Shown here: positions 57,200 through 64,000 of the stretch, piece after piece
Layout of the letters: each line of letters begins with the position of its first letter
Numbering within the stretch: position 1 is the stretch's first letter
IMG/VR virus record: IMGVR_UViG_3300037400_003286
Source: a virus
Taxonomy: Duplodnaviria > Caudoviricetes
Strand: one strand, 5' to 3'
Length of the DNA stretch: 64,000 nucleotides
The notes under the pieces: model-generated
Told to the model about the DNA's origin: nothing
Databases searched by the model: none
Seen by the model: the letters and a program-made list of their open reading frames with translations, nothing else
Position numbers and translations under genes: made by a program

Positions 57200-58093
57200 T
57201 TAATTGTGAATTAAGACTTCTTCTACGTTACCTCTCTTAGATCCTACAGAGTTTATAATTCTCTTTGCGCTGATCGTATCTATGATATATCCATCGTATA
57301 GAACATCAAAGTAATCTCCGCATTTTGAATTGCTTAACAGAAACTTACCGCCATTATGAACAATTCTATCACAGAACTTTTTCAGGTTAACCTGTTCCTG
57401 ATCATCAAAAGAATCTTTTGTATATGACGTAAACGATGCTGTTTGACTAACAGGTTTGTATGGAGGATCGAAATAATATATTATATCAGATTTCTCCATC
57501 TTAGCAATATCAAGTATAACATCAGTCCTTCTATAGTCACCAGTCATAAACGTAACCTTGCTCCCTAATGCAATATGACATTTATCAAGTTCGTCTTCAT
57601 TAAAGATATAGATGTGTTCCTTCTGTCCCCAGGGAACATTAAATTCACCCTTCTGGTTTACTCTATACAAGCCATTGAACCCACACTTATTAAGGAAAAT
57701 AAATGCAGCAGCACCCCACGCATCAGACATAGGAAGTTCACCTTTTATCCAGTGATTATACTGATACCTGTAAAGAATGTACTTTTCCTTCTTCATAGGA
57801 TCATTATTATATGCTGTCTGGATCTGATATAGATGTTCTTTGAACTCAAGATATTTCTGATCATCAGCGATAACTTTATATACGTTCATAAGCTGTTCGT
57901 TTGCATCATTGATGACAGCATACTTCATATTTGAACACGTTTCAAGTAGGTGGAACAATACAGATCCACCACCAACGAATGGTTCAACGTATATAAATTC
58001 TTTTGAATTCTGTCGAAGATCTCCAATCTTCTCGTCTATGATATTAATTAACTGCGATTTACCGCCAGCCCACTTTACAAAAGGCTTCGCCAT
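57200..58093 (-). CDS. dam: DNA adenine methyltransferase (Dam family)
   Basis: KWAGGK, EPFVGGGSV, GFNGLYRVN..G.FNVP, DPPY, FTSY, SNS. Confidence 0.93.
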   Translation of the reverse strand: MAKPFVKWAGGKSQLINIIDEKIGDLRQNSKEFIYVEPFVGGGSVLFHLLETCSNMKYAVINDANEQLMNVYKVIADDQKYLEFKEHLYQIQTAYNNDPMKKEKYILYRYQYNHWIKGELPMSDAWGAAAFIFLNKCGFNGLYRVNQKGEFNVPWGQKEHIYIFNEDELDKCHIALGSKVTFMTGDYRRTDVILDIAKMEKSDIIYYFDPPYKPVSQTASFTSYTKDSFDDQEQVNLKKFCDRIVHNGGKFLLSNSKCGDYFDVLYDGYIIDTISAKRIINSVGSKRGNVEEVLIHN

Positions 58094-58229
58094 GTGTTTC
58101 TTTTCTGTTTCATTTTAATTATATCTATATTATTATACGTGTTTTTAACGTAAATGATTAAATATATTCTTATTGCAAATATACAACTTTTTACTGGATA
58201 TTGAAAGGATATTTGATATTTTATTTAAA

Positions 58230-58311
58230 TTACATCCGATCGGATATAAAATAAACCCGAAAGGGTATAATTACATTAGATCGAATGTAAAATATACCTG
58301 TTCGGGTATAA
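58230..58311. repeat. Four tandem imperfect palindromes of about 20 nt
   Basis: ttacatccgatcggatataa / ataaacccgaaagggtataa / ttacattagatcgaatgtaa / atatacctgttcgggtataa. Confidence 0.65.
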
Positions 58312-58439
58312 AATAAAAACCTCCTTACCAAACGGAAAGGAGGAAAAAATATACATTATTAATCTATGAAAAAGTATTATCAGCGTCATCACGACGCAGT
58401 ACCATGAAAAACACATATGCAACGTTTCACAACGTGGCT

Positions 58440-59195
58440 CTATTCTAAACTATTTATTTCAATTGTAAGTGGCTCATATGCAATTCTGTAATTCTCATCT
58501 TTCATGCTTACATTAGCAACCTGTATTCCGTTGTAATTTTCAAGATGATGGTTTCCAGAATGAATATGACCAACAAACCAATATCTTATAAACTTATTCT
58601 GAATTGCTTCTGTAAGTTCTATTGATCCATACTCAGGCTGATTAGGAAGCTGCAAAGAAACACCAGTATCGTTTACGAATTTTCCTGGACTGTGAGTCAA
58701 AAGAATATCAACCTTGTCTGGTATCTCTGCAAAAGACTCTTTCAATCCTTCTGAACTTTTATAGAATGCCCAATTACTTAAAACTGGTATGTGTGGTGTT
58801 CCGTAAAATGTGATTCCTTCATATTCATATGATGTATCCTGAAGGTATACAATCTTTCCTGGAAAATCAAGATTGTCTTCAACCATGTCAGTGAAATCCT
58901 CATATTGCAATTTATGATTGGACCAACGTGGTGTTCCAACCTTTTCCATATAATCATTGAACATTTTCTGGAAAACAAAATCGTGATTTCCAGCGATAAT
59001 AATCACCTTCTCACAATCAAGTTTCTCACACCAATTAACGAAACGCCCAGCCAGCCAAGCTACACTCTTAGTATAATTTCTCTGAATCTCAAGCGGAACA
59101 ATATCGCCACAGATACAAAGGACATCACAAGGATCTATAATTGGAAGATCCCCGTGAATATCCGATATTGCTGTTATTTTAAGTTTCTTAATCAC
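58440..59195 (-). CDS. Metallophosphoesterase
   Basis: SDIHG, CGD, GNHD, THSP, GHIH. Confidence 0.9.
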   Translation of the reverse strand: MIKKLKITAISDIHGDLPIIDPCDVLCICGDIVPLEIQRNYTKSVAWLAGRFVNWCEKLDCEKVIIIAGNHDFVFQKMFNDYMEKVGTPRWSNHKLQYEDFTDMVEDNLDFPGKIVYLQDTSYEYEGITFYGTPHIPVLSNWAFYKSSEGLKESFAEIPDKVDILLTHSPGKFVNDTGVSLQLPNQPEYGSIELTEAIQNKFIRYWFVGHIHSGNHHLENYNGIQVANVSMKDENYRIAYEPLTIEINSLE

Positions 59196-60342
59196 AATAA
59201 ATCTGTCTTGTTAAAAGTTGACCACCAATCATAGTGTCATAGCAAATATATTGCTGTTGAGGCTTCTCATACTCGAATCCGTTTGTCAAAGCAAATGAAT
59301 TGTATGAAATGATCGATCCGTTTACAACAGCATTAGGAGTATTCACACTTGAATGGAAATGTCCTATGAAAATCATATCCTGATGGAACACCTTCTGATA
59401 CTTCAGGCAAAGTCTATTCAATGCTGGATATATACCGCAAATAGTTCCTGTACCACCAGATTTAATCTGGAATCCATGAGCAAAAATAAACACCTTATCG
59501 TCAACGGTATTTACAATCGCAAGCTCACTCTCAGGAATGTAGAACTCAATAGGAAGATCAGTCAACTCACACTGCTTCTTGATGTTCTGGTACATCATCC
59601 ACTCATAGCTCATCTTATAACCGTTATTGTGCTGGATCTTCTTTGATGTTCTTGAATGATTACCAACGATACCTATGAAGCGAATCTTCTTCAACTTTGG
59701 AAGTTCTGGATTCTCACACAGATATTTAAGTCCACTGTAAATGAGTGATTGTGCCTTTAATGTAGCCTCAAGAGGAGAAAGCTGGTTAGTCTGCTCAAGT
59801 TCCTGATGAATATATCCAGAGATAGTATCACCAAGTGAAGCGAAGATAAGTTCATTTACATCATCCTGTGCAAGACATGCAGCCAAATTACGGAAATAAT
59901 TCTCTATACGTCTTTCTGCAATTTCAAGATTATACTCGTTAAGGAAGTTGACAGACTCTGGAGTAACAGTTTCCTCGATATGAGCATCACTGAATAAAGC
60001 TACAGCATATCTGTGTCCTTTCTTAGTCGAAAACGGTTTGAACTTATAAATCTGGAAAGGCTGAGACTCAACCTCCTTAGCTTTCAGGAACTCCTGATAT
60101 TCTTTATCATCCTCGTGATTTTTCTCGACAACAACCACTTTCGTGTTATCATCTTCCTCAGCCTTTGCTCCTATACAGCTATAAACAACACCTTTATGTT
60201 CAAAATATCCTTTTTCGTTTATATCTCTTCTGATTCTTTTTCTATCAACATGGATAGACTTTGCCATTTTACGTATACTCTCAAAAGAACTGCCATCATT
60301 TCCGACAATCTTATTAGGTACACTCGTCTTTACGTTTTCCAT
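59188..60342 (-). CDS. Calcineurin-like phosphoesterase with an N-terminal HTH-like region
   Basis: SDAH, LGD, GNH, HG, GHFH, NGS. Confidence 0.85.
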   Translation of the reverse strand: MENVKTSVPNKIVGNDGSSFESIRKMAKSIHVDRKRIRRDINEKGYFEHKGVVYSCIGAKAEEDDNTKVVVVEKNHEDDKEYQEFLKAKEVESQPFQIYKFKPFSTKKGHRYAVALFSDAHIEETVTPESVNFLNEYNLEIAERRIENYFRNLAACLAQDDVNELIFASLGDTISGYIHQELEQTNQLSPLEATLKAQSLIYSGLKYLCENPELPKLKKIRFIGIVGNHSRTSKKIQHNNGYKMSYEWMMYQNIKKQCELTDLPIEFYIPESELAIVNTVDDKVFIFAHGFQIKSGGTGTICGIYPALNRLCLKYQKVFHQDMIFIGHFHSSVNTPNAVVNGSIISYNSFALTNGFEYEKPQQQYICYDTMIGGQLLTRQIYCD

Positions 60343-60369
60343 TAATTCTATTCTGTTTCTTTTGTCTAC

Positions 60370-60780
60370 TTATTTATTATTCTTCTTTGACTGCGAACCA
60401 TATACCTTCTTGAACATATCATCTGCATTTTTCTTATACAGGTGTTCATCAAAATCATAATCGGTTGCTAGTCCATATTGAAGATTAAACCATTCAAATT
60501 CTCTATACAGTGTATCTTTCTTCCAGTATCTTTGTGGAGCATAATCCTTCCAGTGCTCATAAAAATATTGTCTGAAAGCATTGAATTCATCAAAATTATG
60601 AAATTTGTACTTTGAAAACCATTTATCCTGGTATTCAACATTAGGATCGATCTCATCCTTATTCTTTGGCTCCTTCGGAAGATTAAGAATATATTCAAAA
60701 TTAATCCCGTAAGGTTTTAGCTCAAAATCAATAACATCCCTGATGAATTGATCAGCTGTAATTTTCTTTATATATGCCAT
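60370..60780 (-). CDS. Hypothetical protein
   Basis: 136-aa ORF; WFNLQYGL. Confidence 0.7.
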   Translation of the reverse strand: MAYIKKITADQFIRDVIDFELKPYGINFEYILNLPKEPKNKDEIDPNVEYQDKWFSKYKFHNFDEFNAFRQYFYEHWKDYAPQRYWKKDTLYREFEWFNLQYGLATDYDFDEHLYKKNADDMFKKVYGSQSKKNNK

Positions 60781-60782
60781 GA

Positions 60783-61919
60783 TTATTTGTTATGTGTAAT
60801 TCCGTTAATTCTAACCCACTGTGATTCCTTATAATCATCAAGCGTGAAGCTGTTAGTATATGACATTGCGGACCTGAGATAAGATTCCTCATTATCAACC
60901 CACTGCTTCAATGTATATTCTACTTTCTGTGTCTTGATTAATCCTTCAGATGTCTTCAGATTTTGATTGCTTTGTGTCTCAATCTGAGCATATTTAGTAG
61001 ACATTCCGTAGAACATCTTGTTAATTTCAAGCAATCCAAGCTTGACAAGTCTCATCGCATCATAATATTGTATAGGACGTATTGGCTTACCTACTCTGAA
61101 AAGATCGACAATATAGTTTCTTATCTTGAAACGTCCGATGTTAAACCAGGATTTACCATATGTCGTGATACCAGAACTTTCAATACACTTATTGAACAAT
61201 CCACCAATCATAACATAATCAGCGTATATCAGTGCTTTCTGAATATCTCTGAATCCCTTAATTCCGCCATCAGCTATAACCTTGCACTTTCCATCACATT
61301 CTTTTCTTATCTCGTTTATTTCCATAAGAAGCGAGAACGGAGGATAATATACACCTGTGTTACTGGCTGTAAGACATGCACTTCCTGTTCCGATTGATAC
61401 ACGGACATAATCGCATCCTACATCATTATATACTCTATATGCTTTTGGGTTTGCTATATTACCAGACATAACGAGAACCTTATTCCCGAACTTCTTCTTA
61501 ATGTCTTGAATAAGGTTCAGCAATTTTCTCATATGGCCGTTTGCAAGATCAATGCACACTCTCAATTGATCTCCATCCTCAATATATTCTGGATCATTTA
61601 TCTGATCGTCGTTGAGAATGTATTTCTCTGCCTCAGCAAGAGAAAATGCAACAAAAGGCTTATGTTGTGATTCAGTTCCACATGTGTACCACAATATATT
61701 AAGTCTTTCTTCTAATCGTATTGTTCTTGGGATTACAACATTAATTCTGTTGTCTAAAAAGTTTCTCCAATTCGTATCATCAATAACGGATCCCATAGGT
61801 GACGCAAAAATAGGAAGCATTCCATCGATATATGGATTGCATTCCTTTCTTGATTCTATGTCAGTAAGAGTTTCTGGTACGATACTAATATCATCGTAGT
61901 GTAGTTTTACATCAGTCAT
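60783..61919 (-). CDS. GMP reductase / IMP dehydrogenase family enzyme
   Basis: YDDI.IVP, SPM, IDLANGH, GNIA, IGTGSACLT, IADGGI, FYGMS, SEG, LRSAMSY. Confidence 0.9.
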   Translation of the reverse strand: MTDVKLHYDDISIVPETLTDIESRKECNPYIDGMLPIFASPMGSVIDDTNWRNFLDNRINVVIPRTIRLEERLNILWYTCGTESQHKPFVAFSLAEAEKYILNDDQINDPEYIEDGDQLRVCIDLANGHMRKLLNLIQDIKKKFGNKVLVMSGNIANPKAYRVYNDVGCDYVRVSIGTGSACLTASNTGVYYPPFSLLMEINEIRKECDGKCKVIADGGIKGFRDIQKALIYADYVMIGGLFNKCIESSGITTYGKSWFNIGRFKIRNYIVDLFRVGKPIRPIQYYDAMRLVKLGLLEINKMFYGMSTKYAQIETQSNQNLKTSEGLIKTQKVEYTLKQWVDNEESYLRSAMSYTNSFTLDDYKESQWVRINGITHNK

Positions 61920-61937
61920 TAATATATTTGTTAATTG

Positions 61938-62192
61938 TTAATAGCGTCGATCATAGTCATATTCCTTATACTGATCGGCAAGTTTTTGCAATTCATGTGC
62001 AAAAGCATTGTTCTGAGTATATATACCATGTGCCTTTGCATATTCCTCTACAACGTCACGGATAGATTTTCCACCACCATTTCCATTACGACCAATCTTC
62101 TGATCGATCAAATCTCTAAGAGGATGACTCTTTGAAGCTTCACTGATTCCATATCCGATTGCTCCACTTACAACATTACTTAAAAGTCCCAT
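61938..62192 (-). CDS. Hypothetical protein
   Basis: 84-aa ORF behind promoter 62230. Confidence 0.65.
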   Translation of the reverse strand: MGLLSNVVSGAIGYGISEASKSHPLRDLIDQKIGRNGNGGGKSIRDVVEEYAKAHGIYTQNNAFAHELQKLADQYKEYDYDRRY

Positions 62193-62251
62193 TTTATTTC
62201 TTTTTTAATGTTAAACTTATATCTTTCTGTTGCAAATATACAACTTATTTT

Positions 62252-62473
62252 TCATTTTGAAAAATGTTTTTTGATCTTTTTATGAATGATAAATCCAAGG
62301 ATAATAAAAAGTATATGGAGCCAGAAAAGTGATATAGCAAATATAAGGATGTAAACGGTTAAGGATTTGTCTATAACATTTTTGCTTGTTGATCCTACAA
62401 GGATCAATAATATGCTCAATATGCAAATAGCTGTTAAAATGTACAGTATCAGATCGTGTTTTTTATTAATCAT
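62252..62473 (-). CDS. Small two-TM membrane protein
   Basis: Two hydrophobic helices and a basic tail. Confidence 0.5.
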   Translation of the reverse strand: MINKKHDLILYILTAICILSILLILVGSTSKNVIDKSLTVYILIFAISLFWLHILFIILGFIIHKKIKKHFSK

Positions 62474-62474
62474 A

Positions 62475-63881
62475 TCAAAAAGTATTATAATTTTTTAATA
62501 TTAGACTAGTCTTTGAAAAACACCTTGAAAACTCCGTATGCGTTTCATCCAGAGAAAGTCTATATCTGGTTTTAGACTTTTTTAGAGCATAATATATATC
62601 CTTCAGACCAGTACCATCTTCTATATTAAATTCTTCCAACGACTTAATATAGAAAATTTTGTATGCACCTAAATCTGGGAATATTATATTACGTTTTATT
62701 TCTTTTATTTTTTCTATATGCTGTAAATTGAATTCATATCCACGTCTTCCTATTTCAATAGAAGCAAGAATCATATCAGGAAGATTTAAAGAACGAAATA
62801 AGAAATTACCTACAAATGAACTGAAATCTGGTTGTACTTTAATAAATTTAATATCAAATATATTACAACGTTTCTGTAAATTTAATTCAAGTTTATTCCT
62901 ACACCAGTTATTATTAACTAACCTATTGTATCGTTTACCTCGTTCAGCATCCTTTGATTTTATATTTAAATCCTCTATGCAGAAAGACTCACATTGATAA
63001 TAAAGACATATATCGATTAATTTTTTAGAAATCTGATATGTTTCGTATGTACGTTTATTATTCAGATATATCTTTTTTGGATCTTCTGAATCTGTATGAT
63101 TTTTTATTAATTTTTCAGATATTTTATTAATCTGTTCAATAGAAAATACACCAGACTTAATTATATTAAACTCATTCTCAGATCTCCAATCAACTATAGA
63201 CCAACCAATATAATTTGGATTCATATCTATAGACATAATACGATTTTCAACAAACCTGTCACGTTTATATTGTTCTATTTTTGATTCATCAAAACTTATA
63301 TAGATATATTCTCTATCCAATGAATAAGTTAATGATACTTCTTTCTTATTCTGCAAATCATATAATCGTGATAAAACCTTTTCACGTTTACCATAAACAC
63401 CTTTAAGCTCAAGTATATAATGATTATGTCTATCGTTTTTGAACTCTATCGAATGCAGATCCTGATTTATCTGAAATTTTCTGTTTCCTTTCTGATTTGA
63501 TTCACCAAGAGAACATAAATTTGATAATCTATGTGAAAGATATTCATCTTTTGATATTAAACCTTTACATCTTCTTATATAATTCTTTCTACCCCCAAAT
63601 ATAATACGTCTTTCTGAATTATCTGATTTTTTAAGTCTATTTACTAAATCAGATGCTTGTTGTTCAGCACAGGATACCATGTGACTATCCATCAACTCAA
63701 CATTATTAAGTTGTGTTTTCATAGCATCCTTTATTTGTTTGGCAGACCAACCATCAATTACACGATTATATCCATAATGAAGAAGTGAACTGTATTGTTT
63801 CATACATTTCAAAATAAAAGCATTTGCTTCTTCATTTACTGAATATTTAAATTTATATGTAATCAATGATTGTGTATTCAT
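62475..63881 (-). CDS. TnpB-related RuvC nuclease (Cas12f-like size), no transposase in the window
   Basis: IFGG, GNRKF, SIDMNP (RuvC-I), IEDLN (RuvC-II), V.P.FSS.VG, PD...ASIEIGRRG. Confidence 0.8.
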   Translation of the reverse strand: MNTQSLITYKFKYSVNEEANAFILKCMKQYSSLLHYGYNRVIDGWSAKQIKDAMKTQLNNVELMDSHMVSCAEQQASDLVNRLKKSDNSERRIIFGGRKNYIRRCKGLISKDEYLSHRLSNLCSLGESNQKGNRKFQINQDLHSIEFKNDRHNHYILELKGVYGKREKVLSRLYDLQNKKEVSLTYSLDREYIYISFDESKIEQYKRDRFVENRIMSIDMNPNYIGWSIVDWRSENEFNIIKSGVFSIEQINKISEKLIKNHTDSEDPKKIYLNNKRTYETYQISKKLIDICLYYQCESFCIEDLNIKSKDAERGKRYNRLVNNNWCRNKLELNLQKRCNIFDIKFIKVQPDFSSFVGNFLFRSLNLPDMILASIEIGRRGYEFNLQHIEKIKEIKRNIIFPDLGAYKIFYIKSLEEFNIEDGTGLKDIYYALKKSKTRYRLSLDETHTEFSRCFSKTSLILKNYNTF

Positions 63882-64000
63882 ATTTCTTTATATATTTATC
63901 TAAATATATTTTGTCGATTTATTCATTCTTTTTAATATTATAAAAATATAACATATTTCATAAATATTAATGTTATTATAAACTATATTATTATACGTCA

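Noticed and set aside
58382-58438. Two small TCAC-loop hairpins after the phosphoesterase gene
   Set aside because: Only two short copies, which is not enough to assign a function.
1313-62997. Plus-strand ORFs other than 33668-34768, and short nested minus-strand ORFs such as 17795, 18236, 22552, 32557 and 52739
   Set aside because: They are antisense or alternate-frame shadows of well-supported genes, with no motifs.
1-64000. TAG-to-Gln recoding as in Lak megaphages
   Set aside because: Long genes are fully open in the standard code. The few TAG stops (13638, 30857, 58440) fall at plausible gene ends, and no suppressor tRNA was seen.

Overview
AT-rich, almost entirely minus-strand segment of a jumbo T4-like myophage. 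The host is inferred to be Bacteroidota: there are 14 near-identical AAGTTGTATATTTGCAA promoters matching the Bacteroidota TAnnTTTG -7 consensus, plus a DUF4494-like gene and a Bacteroidota-type lipoprotein. The standard genetic code fits. The 1-18 kb region is a tRNA/ncRNA-rich accessory region with 13 conventional tRNAs, HNH, GIY-YIG and LAGLIDADG homing endonucleases and an IS607. The rest carries ClpP, dUTPase, a radical SAM protein, terminase, a family B DNA polymerase, an S1-like protein, baseplate, tape measure, tube and sheath genes, ThyX, Dam, a GMP reductase-like enzyme, four metallophosphoesterases and a solo TnpB-like gene. Main highlights: (1) a candidate undescribed RNA-protein system, made of eight short stem-closed ACAGCAA RNAs with covarying stems that flank three insert-containing tRNA genes and follow a DUF2828-like vWA gene; (2) a DNA polymerase encoded in three pieces whose catalytic YGDTDS motif is cut by two inteins only two residues apart, the second one split around a homing endonuclease; (3) a terminase fractured by an atypically split intein; (4) a strong HIP1-like excess of GATCGATC alongside a phage dam gene. 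All calls come from reading motifs by eye. No database searches or folding programs were run.
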